The notes beneath the pieces were generated by a model, which saw only the letters and a program-made list of their open reading frames with translations, searched no databases and had not been told where the DNA came from. From a virus (lineage: Duplodnaviria; Heunggongvirae; Uroviricota; Caudoviricetes), in IMG/VR virus record IMGVR_UViG_3300029621_000179: a DNA stretch of 15,670 nt. One strand, given 5' to 3'. Position numbers and translations under genes: made by a program. Below are positions 1-8,224 of this stretch, in pieces (position 1 is the first letter of the stretch; each line of letters starts with the position of its first letter).

Positions 1-1
1 C

Positions 2-142
2 GATACTGGCCGTATTCTGGTTCGTGAGTCCGGCACTGAGCCGGTCGTTCGTGTGATGGTGGAAGCACCTGACCATGATACCTGCCAGAAGTATGTTGAT
101 GAAGTGGTCAATGTGATCTGCGAAAAGGGATATAAGGTATAA
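2..142 (+). CDS. glmM: Phosphoglucosamine mutase, C-terminal fragment (5' truncated by window)
   Basis: Frame from base 2 reads DTGRILVRESGTEPVVRVMVEA...GYKV* (TAA 140-142); RxSGTEP is the phosphohexomutase domain-4 motif; directly upstream of glmS. Confidence 0.9.
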   Translation, partial: DTGRILVRESGTEPVVRVMVEAPDHDTCQKYVDEVVNVICEKGYKV

Positions 143-149
143 AGTCAAT

Positions 150-179
150 GACGACTCTGGCAGTTCCCAGAGTCGTTTT
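150..179 (+). terminator. Intrinsic terminator-like hairpin between glmM and glmS
   Basis: ACGACTCTGG (151-160) / CCAGAGTCGT (167-176) perfect 10-bp stem, 6-nt loop, short T tract. Confidence 0.6.
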
Positions 180-227
180 GCATAAAAGGGAAAGTATAAT
201 AGATTAAATAACGGGAGGGATAAAACT

Positions 228-2096
228 ATGTGTGGAATCGTTGGTTTTACAGGAAATCGACAAGCAGCACCGATCCTGCTAGATGGTCTGTCAAAACTAG
301 AATATAGAGGATATGACTCGGCCGGACTGGCTGTCCGTGACGGAGAAAATCTGGCACAGGTCGTGAAAGCGAAGGGACGCCTGTCCAATCTGATCGAGAA
401 AACAGATGGCGGCAAGGCATTGAAAGGAACCTGTGGTATTGGTCATACTCGTTGGGCAACTCACGGTGAGCCGAGCCAAACCAATGCACATCCGCATGTT
501 TCAGGTAACTGTACCCGTTCTGGTTCCGGCACAGTGGAGTCTGAGGTCGTTGGCGTACATAACGGCATCATCGAGAACTATACCGAACTGAAAGAAAAGC
601 TGCTGAAGCATGGCTATACGTTCTACAGCCAGACGGACACTGAAGTAGTCATCAAGTTGGTGGACTACTATTATAAGAAGTACAACCTCGGTCCTATTGA
701 TGCCATCGCTAAGACGATGGTGCGTGTCCGTGGTTCCTACGCTCTTGAGCTGATGTTCCGGGATTATCCGGGCGAGATCTGGGTGGCACGTAAGGATAGC
801 CCGATGATCATCGGCATTGCGGATGGTGAGACCTATGTGGCTTCGGATGTCCCGGCAATTCTGAAATACACTCGCAACGTGTATTACATTGGCAACCTTG
901 AGTTCGCAAAACTGACTCCGGGTGAAGCTCATTTCTATGACTTGAACGGTGATGAGATCGAGAAGCAGACCACTGAAATCAAGTGGGATGCCGAGGCTGC
1001 CGAAAAAGGCGGCTTTGAGCATTTCATGATGAAAGAAATCCATGAGCAGCCGAAAGCTGTTCAGGATACCCTTAACTCTGTGATCAAGAACGGCGCTATC
1101 GACCTGTCCAGTGTGGAGATCACCGAGGACGAAATTAAAAACTTTGAGCAGATCTATATTGTTGCCTGTGGCTCTGCATGGCATGTGGGCATGGCTGCTC
1201 AGTATGTGCTGGAAGATATAGCGGATATCCCAGTGCGTGTGGAACTCGCATCCGAGTTCCGTTATCGGAAGATGCCGCTCAATCAGAAGGCACTTGTAAT
1301 CGTTGTCAGCCAGTCTGGCGAGACAGCAGATACATTGGCTGCACTGCGACTTGCAAAAGAAAAAGGCATAACCACAATGGCAATCGTCAATGTGGTAGGC
1401 AGCAGTATTGCCCGTGAAGCGGACAAAGTGTTCTACACCCTTGCTGGTCCAGAAATCTCTGTTGCAACGACCAAGGCATACAGTGCACAGCTGGCAGCCA
1501 TGTACTGTCTGGCGGTTCAGTTTGCGAAGGTTAGAAAAAAAATCACTGAAGAACAGTACAGTTACTATATTTCTGAACTGCTGACTCTCCCGGAGAAGAT
1601 GCAGAAAACTTTGGAAGATAAAGAGCGCATTCAGTGGTTTGCAGCAAAGTATGCCAATGCACACGATGTGTTCTTCGTAGGTCGTGGCATTGACTATGCT
1701 GTCTGCTTGGAAGGTAGTTTGAAACTGAAAGAAATCAGCTACATCCACTCTGAGGCATACGCTGCTGGCGAACTGAAGCACGGAACTATTAGTCTGATTG
1801 AGCAGGGAACACTGGTCATCGGCGTGCTGACCCAGAGCGAACTCTATGAAAAGACTATCAGCAATATGTTGGAGTGCAAGAGCCGTGGTGCTTATCTGAT
1901 GGGGCTCACTACTTATGGCAAGTATGAAATCGAAGATCAGGTAAACTTCACAGTTTATGTTCCAAAGGTGGACGAGCACTTTGTTGGTAGCCTGGCAGTG
2001 ATTCCGTTGCAGCTACTCGGCTACTATGTGTCTGTAGCCAAGGGCCTGGATGTGGATAAGCCAAGAAATCTGGCGAAGAGTGTGACAGTAGAATAA
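228..2096 (+). CDS. glmS: Glutamine--fructose-6-phosphate transaminase (isomerizing)
   Basis: MCGIVG N-terminal nucleophile Cys, LEYRGYDSAG, GHTRWATHG, SQSGETADT, VATTKAY, ELKHG, C-terminal PRNLAKSVTVE; RBS GGGAGG upstream. Confidence 0.98.
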   Translation: MCGIVGFTGNRQAAPILLDGLSKLEYRGYDSAGLAVRDGENLAQVVKAKGRLSNLIEKTDGGKALKGTCGIGHTRWATHGEPSQTNAHPHVSGNCTRSGSGTVESEVVGVHNGIIENYTELKEKLLKHGYTFYSQTDTEVVIKLVDYYYKKYNLGPIDAIAKTMVRVRGSYALELMFRDYPGEIWVARKDSPMIIGIADGETYVASDVPAILKYTRNVYYIGNLEFAKLTPGEAHFYDLNGDEIEKQTTEIKWDAEAAEKGGFEHFMMKEIHEQPKAVQDTLNSVIKNGAIDLSSVEITEDEIKNFEQIYIVACGSAWHVGMAAQYVLEDIADIPVRVELASEFRYRKMPLNQKALVIVVSQSGETADTLAALRLAKEKGITTMAIVNVVGSSIAREADKVFYTLAGPEISVATTKAYSAQLAAMYCLAVQFAKVRKKITEEQYSYYISELLTLPEKMQKTLEDKERIQWFAAKYANAHDVFFVGRGIDYAVCLEGSLKLKEISYIHSEAYAAGELKHGTISLIEQGTLVIGVLTQSELYEKTISNMLECKSRGAYLMGLTTYGKYEIEDQVNFTVYVPKVDEHFVGSLAVIPLQLLGYYVSVAKGLDVDKPRNLAKSVTVE

Positions 2097-2118
2097 AAGT
2101 TAGTAAGAGGAAGAAGTT

Positions 2119-3021
2119 ATGAAAACAACGTTACTTATCATGGCAGCCGGTATCGGTAGCCGTTTTGGAACAGGAATTAAACAGTTGGAGCCGGTGGATG
2201 ATGCTGGTCATATCATCATGGATTACTCGATTCATGATGCGATTGAGGCAGGTTTCAACCATGTAGTGTTTATCATCCGCAAGGATATCGAGAAAGAGTT
2301 CAAAGAGGTTATTGGTGATCGCATTGCCTCCATTTGCTCTTCTCATAATGTAACTGTGGACTATGCTTTCCAGGATATTAACGATATCCCGGGAACTCTG
2401 CCGGAAGGTCGTACAAAACCTTGGGGAACCGGTCAGGCTGTGCTTGCTGCAAAGAAGGTTCTTGATACACCGTTCATTGTGATCAATGCAGATGATTACT
2501 ATGGTAAGGAAGGCTTCAAAGCGGTTCATGAATATCTGGTGAACGGTGGAAAGTCCTGTATGGCAGGTTTTGTTCTGAAAAATACGCTGTCCGATAATGG
2601 CGGTGTGACCCGTGGCATCTGCAAGATGGACGATCAGAATAATCTGACTGAGGTTGTAGAGACCAAGAATATTGTAAAAACTGCAACTGGGGCAGAAGCA
2701 GACGGCATAGCTGTGGATGTGAATTCTCTGGTATCCATGAATATGTGGGGATTGACTCCGGAGTTCCTAGATGTACTGGAGGAAGGCTTCAAAGAGTTCT
2801 TTGAGAAAGAAGTTCCGGGCAACCCGCAGAAAGCTGAGTATCTGATCCCAATCTTCATCGGCGAACTGCTGGAGCAGGGAAAGATGTCAGTGAAGGTTCT
2901 GAAAACCAATGATACATGGTATGGTATGACCTACCATGAAGATGTCGCAGCAGTAAAGGGCAGTTTCAAGGAGATGCTGGAGAACGGCGTGTATAAGGCT
3001 GACTTGTTCAGTGATCTGTAA
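2119..3021 (+). CDS. Sugar-phosphate nucleotidyltransferase (NTP_transferase family)
   Basis: LLIMAAGIGSRFG..IKQL nucleotide-binding motif, KPWGTGQAVL, VINADDYYG; RBS AGAGGA. Confidence 0.88.
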   Translation: MKTTLLIMAAGIGSRFGTGIKQLEPVDDAGHIIMDYSIHDAIEAGFNHVVFIIRKDIEKEFKEVIGDRIASICSSHNVTVDYAFQDINDIPGTLPEGRTKPWGTGQAVLAAKKVLDTPFIVINADDYYGKEGFKAVHEYLVNGGKSCMAGFVLKNTLSDNGGVTRGICKMDDQNNLTEVVETKNIVKTATGAEADGIAVDVNSLVSMNMWGLTPEFLDVLEEGFKEFFEKEVPGNPQKAEYLIPIFIGELLEQGKMSVKVLKTNDTWYGMTYHEDVAAVKGSFKEMLENGVYKADLFSDL

Positions 3022-3027
3022 ACGACG

Positions 3028-3639
3028 ATGAAAGAAACGATTGATTTACTCGGAAAGATCCTCACAAACATCCTGACTGCGCTCTATGAGCCATTTGGAT
3101 TTTCACTCCTGCTTTCCTTCCTTGCCATGTTTTTCTATCTTTATGCTTATGAGCCAATACATGCAGGCAAAGGCTGGAAAAATGCCATAGTGACATGGTA
3201 TCAGAAGTTTAAAGAGAGCGTGTTCTTCAGAAAATTATTCTTCTTGGCCTTTTTGACTTCACTTATTCTGTTCCGAACCCTGTTAAACCGTCAGCTGTGG
3301 ATGAATCCTTTATCCGATGTCATGGGTGGCTGGGGCATCTGGGAGACCGTGAACGGCGAACAGAAGCTGACCACCGAGTGCATCGAGAACGTGATCATGA
3401 TGGTGCCGTTTTCAGCAGTAGTGGCGTGGACATTTCAGGAGAAAGTGGGCAGAAGCTGGAAGAGGATACTGTGGTATAGCGGAAAGATAGCATTTGTTTT
3501 TTCGGTAAGCATTGAAATGCTACAATTATTGCTTCGCTTGGGTACATTCCAGCTATCGGACATCTTCTATAACACAGTCGGCGGAGTAGTAGGTGGTTTG
3601 GTGTACTATGCGACGATGAAGGCAAGAAAGCGTCTGTAA
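3028..3639 (+). CDS. VanZ-family integral membrane protein
   Basis: Multiple hydrophobic helices; ENVIMMVPF and SIEMLQ...GTFQLSDIFYNTVGG match the VanZ-like N..P / E..Q / D...N..G pattern. Confidence 0.8.
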   Translation: MKETIDLLGKILTNILTALYEPFGFSLLLSFLAMFFYLYAYEPIHAGKGWKNAIVTWYQKFKESVFFRKLFFLAFLTSLILFRTLLNRQLWMNPLSDVMGGWGIWETVNGEQKLTTECIENVIMMVPFSAVVAWTFQEKVGRSWKRILWYSGKIAFVFSVSIEMLQLLLRLGTFQLSDIFYNTVGGVVGGLVYYATMKARKRL

Positions 3640-3748
3640 AAGAGTATAGTTTTGTGATATACTAAAAAAAAGAGATTTTTATGTTGTTCTCATAACTACG
3701 CAATACTTAATTTAAACGATTATAATTTTGGAAAGAGGTTTGTGTCCT

Positions 3749-4078
3749 ATGCCCAGAACTAAAGGTAGTAAGAATAAGCCCAAAACTGTGACTGCAGATT
3801 TTGCAACACAGATTGCAGAAAAGCAGTCCGCAAAGGAAGCACTCACAGCCGAGATCGCATCCATTACCGCTAACATTGACACTTTGAAGGCTGACTTGAA
3901 AGAGAAGAAGACTGCTCTGAAGAAGGCCGAAAAAGAAGTGACATCCTTGGAAGCAAAGAAGGCAAAGGCGGATGCTAAGGCCGCTGAAGAAGCTAAGAAG
4001 GCTGAAGCCGAGGCTGTGCTGAAGAAGTTGCTGGTAAGTGGGATGAGTGCGGACGAGATTCTGGAAAAGCTGAAATAA
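3749..4078 (+). CDS. Lys/Ala-rich coiled-coil hypothetical protein (109 aa), possible DNA-binding protein
   Basis: ATG 3749 after GGAAAGAGG (the track's TTG 3728 overlaps this RBS region); TATAAT at 3721; followed by a terminator. Confidence 0.8.
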   Translation: MPRTKGSKNKPKTVTADFATQIAEKQSAKEALTAEIASITANIDTLKADLKEKKTALKKAEKEVTSLEAKKAKADAKAAEEAKKAEAEAVLKKLLVSGMSADEILEKLK

Positions 4079-4098
4079 AATAACCCAAGAAAAAATGA

Positions 4099-4145
4099 AT
4101 GCCGTGTGGACAAACTGAACTCTAGGAGTTCACACGGTGTTTTTT
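4099..4145 (+). terminator. Intrinsic terminator with nested stems
   Basis: Outer ATGCCGTG/CACGGTGT, inner TGAACTC-TAG-GAGTTCA, then T run to 4145. Confidence 0.7.
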
Positions 4146-4215
4146 GAAGGTTGCCATATAGTTTATAACGAAAATAAAAGAAGAACAAAAGTAAAAGAAA
4201 TGGAGTGTGAGAAAA

Positions 4216-4599
4216 ATGAACTTGTCTAAAATACATCATATTGCGATCATCGTATCTGACTACGAAGCTGCAAAGGATTTCTATGTGAATAAACTGGGCT
4301 TTGCTGTCATCCGGGAAAACTACCGCCCGGAGCGTAAGGACTGGAAGCTGGATCTTCGTGTCAATGAACACACGGAGCTGGAGATTTTCGCTGAGGAAAA
4401 TCCTCCGAAGCGTGTGAACCGCCCGGAGGCCTGTGGGCTGCGTCACCTTGCGTTCTGCGTTGAGAGCGTGGAGCAGACAGTGAATGAACTGGCGGAGGTA
4501 GGCATTGAATGTGAGCCGATTCGTGTTGACGATTATACCGGAAAGAAGATGACTTTCTTCCATGATCCGGATGGTCTGCCGCTGGAGCTGCACGAATAA
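4216..4599 (+). CDS. VOC-family glyoxalase I-like metalloprotein (YaeR-like)
   Basis: IHHIAIIVSDY..KDFY..LG, GLRHLAF, FFHDPDGLPLELHE metal-ligand motifs; ATG 4216 preferred over GTG 4207 given GGAGTGTGA upstream. Confidence 0.9.
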   Translation: MNLSKIHHIAIIVSDYEAAKDFYVNKLGFAVIRENYRPERKDWKLDLRVNEHTELEIFAEENPPKRVNRPEACGLRHLAFCVESVEQTVNELAEVGIECEPIRVDDYTGKKMTFFHDPDGLPLELHE

Positions 4600-4601
4600 G
4601 C

Positions 4602-5390
4602 ATGGGAAAGAAAAGAGCGTATAAATCTCGGAAGCCCGGTGGAGGCCGAAAGAAGCTGAAGCCGGAGTACGATGCCGGGAAAAATCTGAAAGAGCAGATG
4701 GAAAGTGCTGTGGCACTTCATGATTCTAAGATGTCCTTGCAGGCCATCGGCGAAGAACTGGGATTAAATCCAATCAAAGTAAGAAAGCTGCTCATCACGG
4801 CCGGTGTGTATGAATCTGAAGTGGCGGAGAAGGTGCAAGCTACCTTTCAAGAATACCGTGAAACACAAGACTACAAAACCTCCATACTCTCAACTGCAAA
4901 CACTCTGAAACTTTCCAAAGCCTCCGTCACCTCGTACCTGCCATATCGGAAAGGTGTTTACTTCCCAAGCACAGCAGAAAAAGGGAAGATCAGTGTCGGA
5001 GCAGAGCGGCAGCGGAGATATAGAGCAATGAAGCGGTGGAGGGATGAGCCAACAGAAGAAAACTTCTGGGGCATGGTTGTGTCCTATGCTGGGGTAGGAT
5101 TTAAAACCTACTCTGGATTGCCATTCTCTTACGAAATTAAAAAAGGCAGGAACGGTGAGTACACAAAAGAGCTGTGGATCGACCGCCGGGAGAAGAGTAA
5201 AAGTCTAGCGTGGAGTTCAGTGCTGCTAGCGCTGAAGAATATTAAAGGAGAAGTGGTAGACCGCCCGAAAGCTCTGGGCGATATCCGGGGAGTGACTTAC
5301 ATCTACGGAATGTTCTATCGGTTCGGATTGATCGATGTGCCGGATGAAGTGAAGGAGAAGATGGGGCATCCTAAAGACCGTAAAAAATAG
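4602..5390 (+). CDS. Hypothetical protein with two HTH-like segments and an uncharacterised C-terminal domain
   Basis: Basic N-terminus; SLQAIGEELGLNPIKVRKLL and SILSTANTLKLSKASVTSYL resemble HTH motifs; starts 2 nt after the VOC stop. Confidence 0.7.
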   Translation: MGKKRAYKSRKPGGGRKKLKPEYDAGKNLKEQMESAVALHDSKMSLQAIGEELGLNPIKVRKLLITAGVYESEVAEKVQATFQEYRETQDYKTSILSTANTLKLSKASVTSYLPYRKGVYFPSTAEKGKISVGAERQRRYRAMKRWRDEPTEENFWGMVVSYAGVGFKTYSGLPFSYEIKKGRNGEYTKELWIDRREKSKSLAWSSVLLALKNIKGEVVDRPKALGDIRGVTYIYGMFYRFGLIDVPDEVKEKMGHPKDRKK

Positions 5391-5391
5391 G

Positions 5392-5420
5392 TTGCTATGT
5401 GCAAAAGTCTACGGTAAGAT
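5392..5420 (+). promoter_or_regulatory. sigmaA-type promoter
   Basis: TTGCTA (5392-5397) - 17 nt - TAAGAT (5415-5420). Confidence 0.55.
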
Positions 5421-5477
5421 GTGCCGTAACTGAGGATGTGAATCTCAGTTGGGAAGGATGGTAGCATTATAGAAAAA

Positions 5478-5825
5478 TTGAAGGAAATGCTGGAGGAGTA
5501 TTTGAAGAAAACAGAGCCGGAGTATTACCCGCCAGTGGAGAATCTGCTGGATCTGATCTACGAGCATTACACGGAGAACAACCCAGTAGAGAAAAACACA
5601 GTTGCCGGGAAAGCAGCAAAGGCCAAGGAAAAGGAACTGGAAGAGTGGCTGCGTGGCTTGGAAGGAATGGATAGGCTCGTAGATGACTATGTCGGCGATA
5701 AGATCCCACTCTGGGAAAAGATTATGGACCGGCAGGGGACGGTGTGCTGCACATGGGAGAAGACCGCTTTTGAGGAAGGTCTGAAAGTCGGAATACGACT
5801 CATGATGGAAGTGTATAGTTTGTGA
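5478..5825 (+). CDS. Small acidic helical hypothetical protein (DUF6809-like C-terminus); start uncertain
   Basis: Open frame with own promoter; ends AFEEGLKVGIRLMMEV, a FxxGxxxGxxL motif seen in small clostridial mobile-element proteins. Confidence 0.65.
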   Translation: MKEMLEEYLKKTEPEYYPPVENLLDLIYEHYTENNPVEKNTVAGKAAKAKEKELEEWLRGLEGMDRLVDDYVGDKIPLWEKIMDRQGTVCCTWEKTAFEEGLKVGIRLMMEVYSL

Positions 5826-5852
5826 CGAAAATAAAATGATCTCCCGAAGTTC

Positions 5853-5882
5853 AAAAAAGCCCTCGCTTGTTACGGCGAGGGC
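5853..5882 (-). terminator. Intrinsic terminator of the minus-strand mutagenesis operon
   Basis: GCCCTCGC (5859-5866) / GCGAGGGC (5875-5882) perfect stem; AAAAAA at 5853-5858 gives the U tract on the minus strand. Confidence 0.85.
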
Positions 5883-5890
5883 GTGTGTTC

Positions 5891-6082
5891 TTATTTTTCA
5901 GGCTTTTCAGCTTTTTTCTTCTTCGGTGCAATTTTGTGACCGGAGTAGATTGCCATACCCATGCAGACCAGAGAGCCGCAAGCGAAATACTTGTGAGCTT
6001 GCATCAGCTTTTTGCAGCCCGTGTAGAAGCATCCTGCCATGCAGGCAAGTGCGCCAAGTGACCAATATTTATGTGCTTTCAT
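5891..6082 (-). CDS. Small membrane protein with internal duplication (DUF6219-like)
   Basis: RBS AAGGAGG; two repeats AHKYWSLGALACMAGCFYTG / AHKYFACGSLVCMGMAIYSG; basic tail. Confidence 0.75.
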   Translation of the reverse strand: MKAHKYWSLGALACMAGCFYTGCKKLMQAHKYFACGSLVCMGMAIYSGHKIAPKKKKAEKPEK

Positions 6083-6260
6083 TTTGTGTGTCCTCCTTAT
6101 CTTCTTTCTGTATTTTGAGCAATTCCTCGATTTCCGTTTTACTCGCCGGCCGTACTGCCTTTTTATTATCGTGTGCTAACGCTCCGCAGTCGGGGCATCG
6201 ATCCGGCAGTTTCTCAGCAGAGAAACAGTAGCGGCAGGAATCGCAAAAGTAGTAGTTCAA
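6069..6260 (-). CDS. Rubredoxin-like / zinc-ribbon small protein
   Basis: CDSC-x12-CPDCG; TTG start overlaps the yolD-like stop (TTGA); RBS GGGGTGA. Confidence 0.75.
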   Translation of the reverse strand: MNYYFCDSCRYCFSAEKLPDRCPDCGALAHDNKKAVRPASKTEIEELLKIQKEDKEDTQNEST

Positions 6261-6709
6261 GTCATATTCACCCCAATCTCTAATATATCCTCAAATGCAA
6301 TAATGGTCGGCAGCTCTTTGCCGGTATCATTTATAAATCCTGTGTAAATTCGTAGTTCTTTGTTTATCACATCCACAGCATCCAATACTCCGGCTACATT
6401 CTCATAGTAGCCGTCCGTGAAATATTTTATTGTGATCTCTTGACCTTTCCAAAGCTGGCTGATCATTTGGTTCAGAGCTTGCTTGCCTTCTTCAGACAGC
6501 TCGATTCTGTTTCCTTTGAGATGATCTCTGCCTTCAGAAGCAATCTCATCCTCATAGCCTCGCAAGGCGGCAAACGGAGAGAAGATTTTAGCACGATTGG
6601 ACATCGGCATCCGGGGATAATTATGTGGCGGTTCTGGGCGGGAAGCATGGAGTATTTTGCAATACTTACTTTGGACGGATCTGCCTTCCGGTGTGTTCTT
6701 GTAGTCCAT
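6257..6709 (-). CDS. YolD-like protein (accessory partner of Gram-positive Y-family polymerases)
   Basis: RAKIFSPFAALRGY signature, IELSEE, beta-rich C-terminus ending IAFEDILEI; RBS AAGGAGG; 11 nt downstream of the polymerase. Confidence 0.88.
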   Translation of the reverse strand: MDYKNTPEGRSVQSKYCKILHASRPEPPHNYPRMPMSNRAKIFSPFAALRGYEDEIASEGRDHLKGNRIELSEEGKQALNQMISQLWKGQEITIKYFTDGYYENVAGVLDAVDVINKELRIYTGFINDTGKELPTIIAFEDILEIGVNMT

Positions 6710-6720
6710 GTTCTCCCTCC

Positions 6721-8193
6721 TTACTTGGCCTTGTGGCCGCCTATCTGCTGATTTCTATCTCTCATCGTTGCGCCATCCAGATAGTTGGTTCCTTTCAGAA
6801 CGGCGTTTTTGCCGAACTTCTTCTTGAGTCCCAGCATCGCATTCTGCAGCTTTTTCTCTTTTTCCAGCTTAGTTGTGTCCGTGAATAGGTCGACTTGGAA
6901 GAAGCCCTCATCTTTGACCACACGGTTGGCGGCGATTGTGATCCGTCTTACCGTCAGTGTTTTATCAGCTATTCTCTCAAACAACTCAGTTGTGGCAGAG
7001 ATCACGATGCTTCCGAGGTTGGTCGGATTATCCAGTTTTGTGCTGCCATGAGCACCTTTCGGAACAGTGCGGCCGTAGTGATCGATGTGTACCGGACCTC
7101 TGTACTTTCCGCTGTCGCAGTTTTCCCGATCATAACCCACATCCAGTGTCAGGCTGTCCGTAACCAGACCTTTGTCCGTCAACTGTAATACTAAGCTGTC
7201 GGCCATCTCCATGACAATGATTCTTGCTTTGTCATATGGGTAAGGGCAGGAGAGTACCTGACCTTCGGAGATGCTGTTGGTGCTGGGCTTGTAGGCTTTG
7301 ATTTCTTTCATACCGCAGGGCTCCAGCCCCCAAGCATGGTCAATCAGCAGTTCGGCGTCAACACCGAATTCATTATATAAGATATCCTGATTGACGGTGC
7401 TGAAATATGCCAGCTCGCCCATTGTATGGATGCCATGCTTCTCTAGTCGCTTGACGGTACCGGGGCCAGTCATCCAGAAGTCTGTGAGAGGCTTGTGATC
7501 CCAGAGAAGATAGCGAAAGCTCTCTTCATCCAGTTTAGCGATGCGGACTCCGTCCTTGTCAGGCGCAGCATGTTTGGCAGTGATGTCCATTGCCAGCTTC
7601 GCCAGATATAGATTGGTACCAATCCCGGCGGTGGCAGTGATGCCGGTCGTATAAAGCACTTCCCGGATCATTGTCATGGCAAGGTCGTGTGCTGTCATAT
7701 TATAGTGGGACAGGTACGAGGTGGCATCGATAAATACCTCGTCAATGGAATATACCACGATGTCCTCTGGCGCGATGTATTTCAGATAGATGCCGTAAAT
7801 CTGCCGCGACACCTTTTCATAATACGCCATCCGAGGCGGTGCAACAAGGTAAGAGAGTTCGAGTGACGGGTCGGCGGCAAGGGATAAGGAATCATAGGAG
7901 GCAGAGGAGAAGGATGGTTTACCGTCCTTATACACAGCTTTTCTTAATCGTACCGCTTCCCTTAACCGATTCGCATTGACCTCCTTGACCTTCTGGACGA
8001 CTTCAAACAGTCTGGCGCGACCCGGAATGCCATAGGCTTTCAGGGAAGGAGACACAGCGAGACAGATAGTTTTCTCAGTACGGGAGGAATCTGCCACGAC
8101 CAGATTTGTGGTAAGTGGGTCGAGGTGGCGGGCGGCGCATTCTGCACTCGCGTAATAGCTTTTAAGATCTATTGCAAGATATGTGCGTTGCAT
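6721..8193 (-). CDS. Y-family (UmuC/UvrX-like) error-prone DNA polymerase
   Basis: YLAIDLKSYYASAEC and YSIDEVFID catalytic motifs, TAGIGTNLYLAKLA, QVDLF beta-clamp-type motif, C-terminal QIGGHKA; RBS GAGGAGG. Confidence 0.93.
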   Translation of the reverse strand: MQRTYLAIDLKSYYASAECAARHLDPLTTNLVVADSSRTEKTICLAVSPSLKAYGIPGRARLFEVVQKVKEVNANRLREAVRLRKAVYKDGKPSFSSASYDSLSLAADPSLELSYLVAPPRMAYYEKVSRQIYGIYLKYIAPEDIVVYSIDEVFIDATSYLSHYNMTAHDLAMTMIREVLYTTGITATAGIGTNLYLAKLAMDITAKHAAPDKDGVRIAKLDEESFRYLLWDHKPLTDFWMTGPGTVKRLEKHGIHTMGELAYFSTVNQDILYNEFGVDAELLIDHAWGLEPCGMKEIKAYKPSTNSISEGQVLSCPYPYDKARIIVMEMADSLVLQLTDKGLVTDSLTLDVGYDRENCDSGKYRGPVHIDHYGRTVPKGAHGSTKLDNPTNLGSIVISATTELFERIADKTLTVRRITIAANRVVKDEGFFQVDLFTDTTKLEKEKKLQNAMLGLKKKFGKNAVLKGTNYLDGATMRDRNQQIGGHKAK

Positions 8194-8224
8194 CGTGTGG
8201 TTCCCTCCTCTCTATGTGCTCGTG

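Noticed and set aside
143..227. glmS ribozyme, and a TTGCAT/TATAAT promoter pair
   Set aside because: Interval too short for the ribozyme; TTGCAT (178-183) is only 11 nt from TATAAT, so not a valid -35.
501..1979. 492-aa antisense ORF (also 3712-4716 and other shadow ORFs)
   Set aside because: Mirror frames of well-supported genes, with no motifs or RBS; explained by codon bias.
2060..2118. attTn7-type insertion downstream of glmS
   Set aside because: The next gene starts 22 nt after the stop; no Tn7 end (TGT...) repeats or tns genes.
3028..3639. Glycopeptide resistance cluster
   Set aside because: A VanZ-like gene alone, without vanHAX/vanRS; the family is common in envelope loci.
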